From the IMG/VR virus record IMGVR_UViG_3300028410_000015: a DNA stretch of 53,646 nucleotides. One strand, 5' to 3'. Positions 44,185 through 53,344 of this stretch are shown piece after piece (position 1 is the stretch's first letter; each line of letters begins with the position of its first letter). A program made the translations under genes and the position numbers. The notes under the pieces were generated by a model. That model was not told the DNA's origin. It searched no databases and was given only the letters and a program-made list of their open reading frames with translations. This stretch comes from a virus.

Positions 44185-44236
44185 GTTGTTTCCTTCCTTG
44201 TAAGTCTATTATACCACTTGCAGCACGTTTTTGCAC
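44185..44236 (-). promoter_or_regulatory. representative copy of the conserved cassette promoter/5'UTR module (minus-strand reading GTGCAAAAACG..TGGTATAATAGAC..AAGGAAGGAAACAAC ATG)
   Basis: Extended -10 TGGTATAAT, upstream conserved GTGCAAAAA, SD AAGGAAGG. About 30 near-identical copies between 38.3 and 53.0 kb. Confidence 0.6.
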
Positions 44237-44460
44237 CTGCTGCTGCACAACCAAGGCAAACAATTGCTCAGCACGCTGCCCTGGATTCTGGAGCTGTTAC
44301 GAATCTTCGGATGGGTTTCCTATCATCTAGCAGTACGAAATGTATCAGAAGTTGCTTCTGGGCTGCTTTTTGTCGCCAGGGTGGTGAGCAGATCCCCATT
44401 CTGATGTGTTACTTTTGCCCAAAATGAGCCTGCCTGATTGTTGCTGGTTTTGCCAACAAA

Positions 44461-44490
44461 AATGGGAGGCCGAAGCCTCCCCAAAGTCCT
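44461..44490 (-). terminator. rho-independent terminator (GGGAGGC-TTCG-GCCTCCC, then ATTTTTGTTGG on the minus strand)
   Basis: Directly downstream of the 44502..44855 stop. Confidence 0.55.
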
Positions 44491-44501
44491 ATCTAACCGG
44501 C

Positions 44502-44855
44502 TTACTCGCCGCGCTCTGCAACCACCTCTGCCTCGATGAGCGAGGCATCAGCCGCCTGGAGCTTGGCCCAGGTCTTGGCACGGAACACCATGCCGTAAGT
44601 GATGGCAGGAACGCGGTCGCCAACGTCCTCATCTGTGTGAGCGGGGAAGGTCACCGCGCACATGTAGGTGTCAGTCTTCTCGTACACGGCGCAGAGGCGG
44701 ATGGACGAACCCTCGGGGATGTGAACCCACTTTCCAGCAAACTCCTCGTGAGCGTTCAGTGCGGTCTCAGTGCCAGGAATGAAGAAGAGGGCGTTGCCCT
44801 CGGAGGTGCGGGCACGAGTAGAAGCGGCGAGAGTGAAGGTGTTAACGTTGGTCAT
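44502..44855 (-). CDS. hypothetical protein, duplicated cassette gene (paralogue of 47784..48092, about 75% identical)
   Basis: MTNVNTFTLAASTRARTSEGNALFFIPGTETALNAHEEF... against MTNVNTLALTATTRVRTSEGNAFFFIPGTETALTAHEDY.... Confidence 0.5.
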   Translation of the reverse strand: MTNVNTFTLAASTRARTSEGNALFFIPGTETALNAHEEFAGKWVHIPEGSSIRLCAVYEKTDTYMCAVTFPAHTDEDVGDRVPAITYGMVFRAKTWAKLQAADASLIEAEVVAERGE

Positions 44856-45273
44856 GATTGGTACCTCTTTCTTGATTGGTCGTAAGGGTGAGGGTGATTC
44901 CTTCCTTACTTTGTTATTATACTCTATTCTGAAACTTTTTGCACTAGCATCTGAAATTAATTCAGGCTGTACCTACCATGAACATCCAGTATCCAAGGGT
45001 CAAAGTACTAGCAGCCACTGCACGCAAAATACCATGATTTTTAAGAGCAACGTCGACGGTACTCAGTGTCCATGCCGACTTCTTATGTGCTGCGTGCCTG
45101 GTGATGAGATTGACGAGCCACGCGCCGGTGAGCATGTACATGATGATCCAAAAGCCGATGTAGTGTATGATGATTCCTTACTTGTAGTAGTATTAAATGA
45201 TTGGGTTATTCCTAACCATCCGATTATACCATAGGTGGGGGTGATTTACACCACCCCCGCACGATTCTTTCAA

Positions 45274-45519
45274 TCAATTCCAACAACCATCAATTTTTTC
45301 CCAACGACGTTCGGCGAAGTGTGTCTCGTCGAGAGTCGTAGTATCAATGGCATAGTGAAGGAATCGAAGGTCATTTCCGGACCACATATCTTGTCCGTTC
45401 TCATCGTCTGTCATCTCTTCCCACTTTTTGGTGGACTCTTCCTTCGTGTGGAAAAGGTACTTCTCGTAGACTTCACCGTAGTTGATATCAATGACCAGTA
45501 CAATGTAAATCACGTTCAC
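45274..45519 (-). CDS. hypothetical small protein (GTG start)
   Basis: ORF track 81 aa with SD AAGAAAGAGGT. A variant promoter module lies upstream. Confidence 0.4.
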   Translation of the reverse strand: MNVIYIVLVIDINYGEVYEKYLFHTKEESTKKWEEMTDDENGQDMWSGNDLRFLHYAIDTTTLDETHFAERRWEKIDGCWN

Positions 45520-45615
45520 CTCTTTCTTGAGTGGTTGTAGAGGTTAGGTTGATTCCCTCTCTACTTATGTATTATGCTACATGTGGAGGTAATTTACACT
45601 GGACGGCAGAACGGC

Positions 45616-45903
45616 CTACAGCCACTCGTAAAGCGTCTCAGGCGGGAACTCCTCAACGCGCGACGATGTGCCCGAGACGGGATCCATAAAGATTCGCTCC
45701 GTCTGAGTTACTTCACCGCTGTGGAGCTTGACGAACTCTTCAAAGTTGTCGTAGAAGACGCCCGCGCACAGCCATCGACCGCCATGCTTTTCAAACTTGT
45801 CAATGCGTGGAGGCATGTGGTGAGGAGACTTAACAAAAACCCTGAGCCAGCGACGCTCGCCATCACGATCAGTAGCAAGAATGATAGGGTTGAGAATAGC
45901 CAT
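45616..45903 (-). CDS. hypothetical protein
   Basis: ORF track 95 aa with SD AAAGAGGTGATTAC and a promoter module at 45930-45985. Confidence 0.45.
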   Translation of the reverse strand: MAILNPIILATDRDGERRWLRVFVKSPHHMPPRIDKFEKHGGRWLCAGVFYDNFEEFVKLHSGEVTQTERIFMDPVSGTSSRVEEFPPETLYEWL

Positions 45904-45987
45904 GTAATCACCTCTTTGTGAGAGGAAGTTGATTCCTTCCTCTCTCTGTTATTATATCATTCACAGCAGCTTTTTGCACTTGCTGTT

Positions 45988-46239
45988 TTACTTAGGAGGC
46001 GTGCATACCCAACCGGCCTGCTCCAAGATGAAGGCGAGAACGCGATGAGGCACAGTGTGATATAGGCTGCTCTTCTGTCCCGTGTGTCCCCATGTGTACT
46101 CACACTCGACCTCAACCTCACCGGCGCGACTCTTTTCACACGAGATCTTCAAGTTCCGCTCGCTGGTAGAAGTGATGAATCGACTAAATTCGTGCTCGGT
46201 GGTGAGGGTCCAGCTTTCGGGTAGCTCTTGAGTGGTCAT
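45988..46239 (-). CDS. hypothetical protein
   Basis: ORF track 83 aa with SD AAGGAAGGAGGAAACAT and a promoter module at 46250-46295. Confidence 0.45.
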   Translation of the reverse strand: MTTQELPESWTLTTEHEFSRFITSTSERNLKISCEKSRAGEVEVECEYTWGHTGQKSSLYHTVPHRVLAFILEQAGWVCTPPK

Positions 46240-46357
46240 ATGTTTCCTCCTTCCTTGTAAGTCTATTATACTCTACCCACACGCTTTTTGCACCTGTCAA
46301 ACAAAAAACCCCACCACAGCATTGCTGAGTCAGGGCTGAAGTGGGTTGTACCAGTGC

Positions 46358-46639
46358 TTACTTGTAGTTACTGTCGAGTTCGATGTCTCCTGCGAGGATA
46401 AGCACAAGGCGTTCAACGTCTAGACCAGCCTCTTCCATTGCGAGTGCCCACGACATACCTTCGCCGCCTGGGCCGAATGCCTTGCCAGCTAGTGCCTGAC
46501 GAATGACGCCCTTGATTCGCGCTCGCTTCTTGTCTGCAAATGACGACGCTGTGTCGTCTGTTGAATTCCAACCTGCTTCTGACATATTTTCTAACTCTTC
46601 CCTGATGATTCTTTGTAGATGAGCTTGCCTGATCTTCAT
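46358..46639 (-). CDS. hypothetical protein with IIREEL leader (MKIRQAHLQRIIREELENMSE)
   Basis: True start ATG at 46637-46639 with SD CAGGAGACAC. The track ORF extends upstream through the UTR. Confidence 0.5.
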   Translation of the reverse strand: MKIRQAHLQRIIREELENMSEAGWNSTDDTASSFADKKRARIKGVIRQALAGKAFGPGGEGMSWALAMEEAGLDVERLVLILAGDIELDSNYK

Positions 46640-46757
46640 GATGTGTCTCCTGTGTTGCAACACGAGTCTACATATGTTCCACACAGACACTTTGTATCTC
46701 TTTGTACTACTTGCAGACGTTTTTTGCACTTGACATGAATGGAAACTCACGTCACTG

Positions 46758-47081
46758 TCAAGAATCCTCCTTGAGCTTCTTGAGCCACTTCTTGGACTTG
46801 TAGAAGACCAGGTCACCTAGTTGTGCTTCGGTGCCGCCATGACGGAAGAAGAGGTCGAGTGCGACGAGCATGACATCGACTGCTTCCTCTCGAACATCGT
46901 GATCCAGATTTGCCTGACTCTTGGTAGCGTCGCCTGAGGCTGATTTGTTGATTGCACTGGATGCGAGGAGGACTGCCTGTGCGACTTCGCCTGTCTCTTC
47001 TGTGAGTTTGGCGAGGATTTCGAGGGTTGAAGACTTACCTCTGAAACGATGGCTGATTACGTTGATGCCTGTAACTTCCAT
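46758..47081 (-). CDS. MazG-like all-alpha NTP pyrophosphohydrolase
   Basis: EETGEVAQAV...DVREEAVDVMLVAL matches the EExxE/ExxD metal-binding helices of MazG/HisE-type enzymes. Preceded by an untracked 32-aa TM micropeptide ORF at about 47087-47185. Confidence 0.45.
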   Translation of the reverse strand: MEVTGINVISHRFRGKSSTLEILAKLTEETGEVAQAVLLASSAINKSASGDATKSQANLDHDVREEAVDVMLVALDLFFRHGGTEAQLGDLVFYKSKKWLKKLKEDS

Positions 47082-47727
47082 GATGACTCCTTACGAGACT
47101 GTGACGAGGATGAAGACAGTGACCATCGTGAGCAGGCTCATGGTGACCAGGGTGAGCCGGTTGCTTTTACGAAGTTGAAAGTCGCTCATGTGTTACCTCT
47201 TGTTGGTTCCTGTCTATTGTATCACTTGCAGCACGTTTTTGCACATGCCAACCGCCTCAGCCACAAATAGCCGCAAGGGGTTCAAAGTACATGTCACCCT
47301 CGACGTAGGACTTGCCTACAGCGTACTCACCAGAACCTTGCCCGTATTCTCTTCTCGTTTCGAGATATAGTGATTCGAGAAATTCGGCGCGCGTGGGCTT
47401 CCGTGCTTTCTTGAGTAGCTTCGCGCGAGCGTCTTAAGTCGTTTCGTTGCTCATGTTTCCTTCCTTGTAATAGTATTATACTCTACCCACGTGTTTTTTG
47501 CACTTAACACTGGCAATAATAGTGATGCCTTTCGAAGCACGCTGCCCTGGATTCTGGAGCTGTTACGAGCCTTCGGATGAGTTTCCTATCATCTAACCTT
47601 CTGAAATGAATCAGGAGAGGCTTCTGCAGCAAAATTGCTTGCCACAATGGGGAGCAGATCCTATCTTCTGCAGCCAAAAATAGGTTGATCTCGACCTGCT
47701 GGTTTCAAGATGGATTGCCGGCTGCTG

Positions 47728-47760
47728 GTTCGACAAAAAAAGGGCGGCTTGCGCCGCCCT
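47728..47760 (-). terminator. rho-independent terminator (GGGCGGC-GCAA-GCCGCCC followed by TTTTTTT on the minus strand)
   Basis: Downstream of the 47784..48092 stop. Confidence 0.55.
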
Positions 47761-47783
47761 CGAGCACCGAGTGCTCATGCCAC

Positions 47784-48092
47784 TCAGGCAGCGTTGAGCT
47801 TGTCCCAGGTCTTCTGACGGAAGACCATGCCAACGGTCATCGAGGGGATACGATCTCCAACCTCGTCGTCGACATGAGCCGGGAATGTTACGGCGCACAT
47901 GTAGGTATCAGTCTTCTCGTAGACAGCACACAGCTTGATCTCCGTGCCTTCCGGAAGATGAAGCCACTTGCCCGAGTAGTCCTCGTGAGCAGTCAAGGCC
48001 GTCTCGGTTCCAGGAATGAAGAAGAACGCGTTGCCCTCAGAGGTTCGGACGCGGGTGGTAGCAGTGAGAGCGAGAGTGTTGACGTTGGTCAT
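47784..48092 (-). CDS. hypothetical protein, duplicated cassette gene (paralogue of 44502..44855)
   Basis: See 44502..44855. The flanking promoter and the downstream about 70-bp element are duplicated too. Confidence 0.5.
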   Translation of the reverse strand: MTNVNTLALTATTRVRTSEGNAFFFIPGTETALTAHEDYSGKWLHLPEGTEIKLCAVYEKTDTYMCAVTFPAHVDDEVGDRIPSMTVGMVFRQKTWDKLNAA

Positions 48093-48236
48093 ATGAGGTA
48101 CCTCTTTCTGGTTGGGATGTAAGGTTGGTTGATTCCTTCCTTACTTTGTTATTATACTCTATTCTGACGCTTTTTGCACATGCCTCTGAATTTTATTTCG
48201 TGTCCTTGAAGTCGTTTTCGTACACGTACTCATGGT

Positions 48237-48419
48237 CTACATGAACCACAGCAGCAACCATGAAGCGACAGCGATGTCAGAGACGGACCAAACTACGACT
48301 GCTGGGTACTCCTCGGGCTTGTACATGTCCATTTCGGCTGTCCGTCTGTCGGTTGCTGGCAATGACAACAGCCACTTGCTGTAGTCGTCGTCGTCGTCTT
48401 TGAGGAGTAACTTGTACAT
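48237..48419 (-). CDS. hypothetical small protein (acidic N-terminus, hydrophobic C-terminus)
   Basis: ORF track 60 aa, adjacent to 48420..48725. Confidence 0.35.
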   Translation of the reverse strand: MYKLLLKDDDDDYSKWLLSLPATDRRTAEMDMYKPEEYPAVVVWSVSDIAVASWLLLWFM

Positions 48420-48725
48420 TCAGAACCTGTTTCTAGAGGGTGTTGCATGGAGATCATCGTTCGTCGAGTTCATGGCGTTCTCCTTAGCTTCCTCAGCGCG
48501 AGCCTCGGATGCAGCAATCAAAAGGAGCCTGCTAATAGCTTCTGCAGCGAATGCGTCCATCGTGATCGTCTTCGACACCACGTTGTTCAAGCTTAAAGTC
48601 TCCACGTATTCGAGTTCAATCCTATTGTCTTCATTGTTGCTGACGACGTAGCGACCCCCGAAGTGGTCGCCGAAGAACTCGCTGGCGATCTGGCGAGAAG
48701 TTTTAACCCACATAGGTACTGACAT
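48420..48725 (-). CDS. hypothetical protein
   Basis: ORF track 101 aa with SD AAGGAAGGAATCATT and a promoter module at 48745-48790. Confidence 0.45.
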   Translation of the reverse strand: MSVPMWVKTSRQIASEFFGDHFGGRYVVSNNEDNRIELEYVETLSLNNVVSKTITMDAFAAEAISRLLLIAASEARAEEAKENAMNSTNDDLHATPSRNRF

Positions 48726-48781
48726 AATGATTCCTTCCTTGGTTCTAATAGTATTTTATCATGTGCAGAAGATTTTTGCAC

Positions 48782-49105
48782 TTACCTGCGCTTGTCGCGA
48801 TCAGTGACCTCAGTGACATCACCTTGGTTTTCACTATATGCCACGTAGAACTCGCCACCCGAGCCTTCGGTCTTGTACTCGCCGTTGGTGTCTGAGGTGT
48901 ACAACTCGATCTCAATGTGCCACCAATCTTCGTTGCAGTCGTCGTCTACCTTTGCGTCGTCGATCGTTTTGCGGAAGTCTGCAAAACACTGGCGCGCAGC
49001 GAACTCTTTCATGAACATGCGCTCTTCGCGTCCTGCAGTATCTTCATCATTGTATTCGTTGCCACACGTAAAGTTGACGCGGTAGAGGTCGAAGCTGATT
49101 GCCAT
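48782..49105 (-). CDS. hypothetical acidic protein
   Basis: ORF track 107 aa. ATG at 49103-49105, SD at 49112-49121, -10 at 49131-49137, conserved TTTGCAC at 49153-49160. Confidence 0.45.
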   Translation of the reverse strand: MAISFDLYRVNFTCGNEYNDEDTAGREERMFMKEFAARQCFADFRKTIDDAKVDDDCNEDWWHIEIELYTSDTNGEYKTEGSGGEFYVAYSENQGDVTEVTDRDKRR

Positions 49106-49167
49106 GATGTTTCCTTCCTTGGTTCTTGTCTATTATATCATCTGCTGCAGCAATTTGCACCAGACGA

Positions 49168-49452
49168 TCACCAGATCTGAAGGTGACACCCTCGCCACGA
49201 CTCACAGCACGCCTGGCCTTCGACCTGCTTCTCAAACACTGAGACTGCTGTGAATCCGAATGCATTCACGGTATCATAAGGGCACCACATGCCCCAGTTG
49301 GCCTCCAGGTTAATATCCGTGTAACCTTGGCTCTCGAGCTGTGAAACGGTCTCATCTCGGTGACCATTACGCTGGGAAACTGAGCATGAGAAGGTCACTG
49401 CTGTAATGATGATGATGCCTGTAATGATGCTAGCAAACTTCAGAATGTCCAT
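49168..49452 (-). CDS. small secreted protein or lipoprotein candidate (N-terminal signal MDILKFASIITGIIIITAVTFSC)
   Basis: ORF track 94 aa with the promoter module upstream. Confidence 0.45.
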   Translation of the reverse strand: MDILKFASIITGIIIITAVTFSCSVSQRNGHRDETVSQLESQGYTDINLEANWGMWCPYDTVNAFGFTAVSVFEKQVEGQACCESWRGCHLQIW

Positions 49453-49611
49453 GTTGTTTCCTTCCTTGGTTCTAATAGTATTTTATCATGTGCTGCACAA
49501 ATTTGCACTGCATTTAGCTGATCAACACAATCACACACCAGGTCAGGCCAATCGACAGCACCCATACTACTGCCACGATGAGTGACGACATCAAGACTTC
49601 TCTCCACTCTA

Positions 49612-49929
49612 TCACAGTACACTCTCAAGTTTTTCCCAACTCATGAAGCGGTGAGGAATGAGAGTGTAATCCCCCTTCAGCACAACACTCACAAAGTCCT
49701 CGTCAGTCGTCGATGGTGTGCACTCGAAATCAAAGATGAAACTCAGTCCTCCTAGATCCACGATCTTGTCGAAGTCGGATTTCGTAAAAGTCTTCACGTC
49801 GATTTTGACGTAGATTATTTGACCATTCTGATCCGAATCGTAGCAGATGGTAGCATTACGATGACGCTGCCAATCCAGGCACACAGCAAGCGTTGTTAGA
49901 ATCTCTGGCTCATTCATCTTGAGTCGCAT
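49612..49929 (-). CDS. hypothetical protein
   Basis: ORF track 105 aa with SD GGAGATAAC. A 12-bp perfect hairpin (GTGGCGGTATGC-AAT-GCATACCGCCAC) lies upstream at about 49963-49990. Confidence 0.45.
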   Translation of the reverse strand: MRLKMNEPEILTTLAVCLDWQRHRNATICYDSDQNGQIIYVKIDVKTFTKSDFDKIVDLGGLSFIFDFECTPSTTDEDFVSVVLKGDYTLIPHRFMSWEKLESVL

Positions 49930-50023
49930 GTTATCTCCGCACTTCTAAAGCTATTCTCTGTCCAAAGACAAGTGCGTGGCGGTATGCAATGCATACCGCC
50001 ACGTTCTCTAACCAATCTGAGAA

Positions 50024-50638
50024 TTACGCTGCGACTGCGTCACTCTCATCAATGTTCGAGGCATCATTCAGTTCGTCGAGCTCATTGAGCAGAGCTGCAA
50101 CCTCAGCCTGATGCGCCTCGTCGCCTGCATCGTCCTCAGCCTCAGTCACGACGTCAGCAGTTGCAGAAGCGCGCGATGCGGCCTTTGCGTCCTTGGCTGC
50201 ATTTGCAGCAGCCTCCTTCTCTGCGACCTTTGCAGCCTTGGCAGTCGCCTTGGCCTCATTCTCAGCCGCATCGATCACGGCCTTCTCTGCAGCGGACTGG
50301 ACCTTCTCAGCGTCCTGGTCAGCCATGAGCTTCTCGAAGCTGTTCTTGCGGAGGAAGACACGGAGCGTGTTGCCAGTCGCGTTCTCGTGGCCCTCGAGGT
50401 TGAAGAGGACAACGTAGATATCAGGCCGGTCGAACTCAGCGATGACCTCGAACCGAGTTCCGGCGGGGACTTCCACCTTGGTGTTCTTGACGTAGTCGTT
50501 GCCGACGAGAACCTTCTCAAGGCTGCCGTCCTCAGTCTCTACGACAGAGCGCACGTTGCCCTGGCATGCAGAGGCCGTGACCTTGACGTCGTTGGTGGTG
50601 GTGAAGGAGAAGAAGGTGAGTGCGACGATGACGTTCAT
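50024..50638 (-). CDS. putative lipoprotein with an Ala/Lys/Glu-rich alpha-helical C-terminal tail
   Basis: True start MNVIVALTFFSFTTTNDVKVTASAC (lipobox-like TASA-C). C-terminal AEKAVIDAAENEAKATAKAAKVAEKEAAANAAKDAKAA low-complexity helix. ATG at 50636-50638. Confidence 0.5.
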   Translation of the reverse strand: MNVIVALTFFSFTTTNDVKVTASACQGNVRSVVETEDGSLEKVLVGNDYVKNTKVEVPAGTRFEVIAEFDRPDIYVVLFNLEGHENATGNTLRVFLRKNSFEKLMADQDAEKVQSAAEKAVIDAAENEAKATAKAAKVAEKEAAANAAKDAKAASRASATADVVTEAEDDAGDEAHQAEVAALLNELDELNDASNIDESDAVAA

Positions 50639-50743
50639 AATGAGTACCTCATTTGTTTTGACTGGTTGGAGGTAGGCTAATTCCTTCCTCCTTCCTAATG
50701 TTATTTTACCACGGCTGCAAGTTTTTTGCACTTGCCTATGAAA

Positions 50744-51022
50744 TTACTTCTGAAGGATGCTTGCAAAAGGGTTGTAAGTTAGCGGAGTGGCTTCAAGTGC
50801 TGCTTTCTCACGCGCTGCGATTGCAGCCTTCTGGCGCTCCTTTGCAAGCTGACGCTCTGCCTTAGCATTGTGCAGGCTGTCCGTCTCAGCGTAGATATCC
50901 TCCAGCGTCATGTTGTCGAGATCGTACATGCCGCGAGGCCGCCAACCATTGATCTCCTTGAAGGTGTCCGAGAGGACTGAGATTGCAATGTCGCGGTCAG
51001 TGGCGGGAGCGAGAAGAGTCAT
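50744..51022 (-). CDS. hypothetical protein
   Basis: ORF track 92 aa. The 5'UTR holds a 12-bp perfect hairpin GGAGGAGGTAGG-TTGATT-CCTACCTCCTCC. Confidence 0.45.
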   Translation of the reverse strand: MTLLAPATDRDIAISVLSDTFKEINGWRPRGMYDLDNMTLEDIYAETDSLHNAKAERQLAKERQKAAIAAREKAALEATPLTYNPFASILQK

Positions 51023-51113
51023 GCTTGTGTGCCTCCAGTGGAGGAGGTAGGTTGATTCCTACCTCCTCCCTAATGTTATTATATCACTTAGGACTAACTT
51101 TTACACCAGTTGC

Positions 51114-51512
51114 TTACTTTTGGATCCCGCGGTTGAGGAGGTCCTGAAAGGTGAGTCCCGCTGCCTTCAACTTCTTGTTGGCTTGCTTTGCCAGCAGGAG
51201 TCCATGAGGCGTGATGACGAAGGAGTGTGCTCCGGTGCGGGCCTTGCGGTTGGACTTCCAGTAATACCCAGCGTACTTGACTCGTGCTCTAAAGCCGTCG
51301 GTGTCTCTCTTGTACCACGCGGATACGAACCGAAAGTAAACCACATACCATCCACGATGCTTGTAACTATCGTAGTCGACTCCGAGGCTCCGCAAAACCC
51401 GCTCGCGGTGATATGCACCTGATTGGAGTGGCTTGTCGATGATGGACAACGCGAAGAACTCGACGTTGTTGATGACACCGTGGTTGCTGGGTCTGTTTTG
51501 CATGTTTTGCAT
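51114..51512 (-). CDS. hypothetical basic protein
   Basis: ORF track 132 aa, Trp/Tyr/Arg-rich. Confidence 0.45.
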   Translation of the reverse strand: MQNMQNRPSNHGVINNVEFFALSIIDKPLQSGAYHRERVLRSLGVDYDSYKHRGWYVVYFRFVSAWYKRDTDGFRARVKYAGYYWKSNRKARTGAHSFVITPHGLLLAKQANKKLKAAGLTFQDLLNRGIQK

Positions 51513-51601
51513 GTTTGATGATGTCCTGTGTGGTGAGAGTAGGTTGATTCCTTCTCTACTTAAGTATTATATCATCCGTAGCTCAAATTTGCACTTGCCC
51601 G

Positions 51602-51895
51602 TTATTTCCGGTTCAACTTAGCCTGGACCCGACGACGGAGCTCTCCGGGCTTGAGCGGGACGAACTCTTTCTTCCGTGTGAACTTTGCATCGAATGCAGA
51701 CTGCGGGATCCAGTCGTCGCCATCCCATGTCCACTGGCAACGGCCCGACTTGGCCATCACCTTCATCATGAACTTCTCGTGCTCTCCGGTCTCCTCGTTG
51801 AACTTATCGATGAGCACCTTCTGTCCCGTTGCAACCTTGGCCTCGGTATAGGTTGACTGACCGAAAAAACGACCACGATAATCAGGCTTATTCAT
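51602..51895 (-). CDS. hypothetical protein
   Basis: ORF track 97 aa with SD GCAGGAGCTCAA. Confidence 0.45.
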   Translation of the reverse strand: MNKPDYRGRFFGQSTYTEAKVATGQKVLIDKFNEETGEHEKFMMKVMAKSGRCQWTWDGDDWIPQSAFDAKFTRKKEFVPLKPGELRRRVQAKLNRK

Positions 51896-51966
51896 TTGAG
51901 CTCCTGCATGTTTGAATCAGTATTTCCTAACATGATCATTATATCATCTGCAGCTCAAATTTGCAT

Positions 51967-52353
51967 TTAGCTAACCTTGAATTCTGCCTCGCTAACCCAG
52001 AAAGCGATTCGCGACGGTCCCGCATCTGATTTGCATTCTGTGAAAACTGTGATCTTCACAGAATTGTCTGGGATAGCCTTGAACTCTTCGTCGACTTGAT
52101 CAGTGATTGTTTGATCAACGATGTTAGTCGGAACATTCCAGATGTTCCCAGTCCACTTATCTGGCTCTGCATTGAACACTCTTTGACGAACTCTTTGACG
52201 AACTTCGTGGGTGTCCTTGAGTTCAGCTACGCGATCCCTATAGTAGACTGACTTCGGAATTGCAACCCATGGCTGGCCCCGTGACCAATGCCATACTTTA
52301 CCTTCGACGTCGATGACCGAGTAGAAGTCATCAGTGAGATCTTTGAGGTTCAT
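51967..52353 (-). CDS. hypothetical protein
   Basis: ORF track 128 aa. ATGA overlap with the upstream gene. Confidence 0.45.
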   Translation of the reverse strand: MNLKDLTDDFYSVIDVEGKVWHWSRGQPWVAIPKSVYYRDRVAELKDTHEVRQRVRQRVFNAEPDKWTGNIWNVPTNIVDQTITDQVDEEFKAIPDNSVKITVFTECKSDAGPSRIAFWVSEAEFKVS

Positions 52354-52541
52354 TTTGCCTCCTTGTCTGCCTTGACGAAATTAAGTGGAAGGTACCTGTT
52401 TTTCTCTTCGTTCACATCATCTTCGACGACCAGAGCGTCGAGATAGTTCCAGCCTCGCGATACGAAAGTCTTTGTTCCGTATTTGACGCGAGCTCCCTTG
52501 GGGAAGTCCTTGTTCTCATGTTCATGTCGCTTGTAGCTCAT
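52350..52541 (-). CDS. hypothetical small protein
   Basis: ORF track 63 aa with SD AAGGAAGGAAATACAA. Promoter module at 52549-52594. Confidence 0.45.
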   Translation of the reverse strand: MSYKRHEHENKDFPKGARVKYGTKTFVSRGWNYLDALVVEDDVNEEKNRYLPLNFVKADKEAK

Positions 52542-52626
52542 TTGTATTTCCTTCCTTGTAATACCATTTTATCATCTGCAGCAGAAATTTGCACTACTTG
52601 TCAGATGTGGCTTTACTGAGGCCATC

Positions 52627-52920
52627 TCAGAGGCAGATCGTGAAGGTTACCTTCATCATGTCGATACCTTGTTCACGCAGAGGGATAACTTCGAACGTGA
52701 TGGCATCGAGGTCATCAACGCTTAGAATTTCGGACAGGATGTAGCAACACTGTGTAAAGACATGACTGTTAAAGGATGTCACGTTCACCGTGAATTCGGA
52801 AGCACCTTGTCTCTTGATAATGCTTCCGAACTCGCAGACTGCGTCAATCGTAGCAAAGTACGTCTCCATCTTGTCGAAGGCCGCGTCGAAGTCGTGATTG
52901 GTTGCCTGTAGGTTACGCAT
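52627..52920 (-). CDS. hypothetical protein
   Basis: ORF track 97 aa with the promoter module upstream. Confidence 0.4.
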   Translation of the reverse strand: MRNLQATNHDFDAAFDKMETYFATIDAVCEFGSIIKRQGASEFTVNVTSFNSHVFTQCCYILSEILSVDDLDAITFEVIPLREQGIDMMKVTFTICL

Positions 52921-52975
52921 TGGTATCTTCTTGGTTCTTATGTATTATACCACTTGCTGCACAAGTTTGCACTAC

Positions 52976-53344
52976 TCACTCGAATGGATACTCTTCAAGA
53001 ACCTCAACTCGCATCGGAATCATCTTGCCACGGTTGTTCTCCTCTGACGCCTTGTATCCGTATGGAAAGCACATGTCAAAGAGTTGAAGAGAATTGTGCG
53101 TCATCCCCCATCGTACGACACCATCAGAATTCTTTGTCTCCCATGAGAATGCGTCAGCCTCTTCGACCGTGGACACCGGAACTAGCCGAACTCGCTGAAT
53201 GGGTGTGGTTTTCTGGTTGACCCAGATTGACATCACGTGCTTGAAGTACCCGAACATGTGGTCAGGTCGACCATCCTTGCCAGGTCGCACACCGACGTAG
53301 AATTCGTCCATCTCAGTGAGTAGCGGGTAGTCTACTTCTTGCAT
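52976..53344 (-). CDS. hypothetical protein
   Basis: ORF track 122 aa. A further minus-strand ORF appears to enter from beyond the window end (53351..53646). Confidence 0.4.
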   Translation of the reverse strand: MQEVDYPLLTEMDEFYVGVRPGKDGRPDHMFGYFKHVMSIWVNQKTTPIQRVRLVPVSTVEEADAFSWETKNSDGVVRWGMTHNSLQLFDMCFPYGYKASEENNRGKMIPMRVEVLEEYPFE

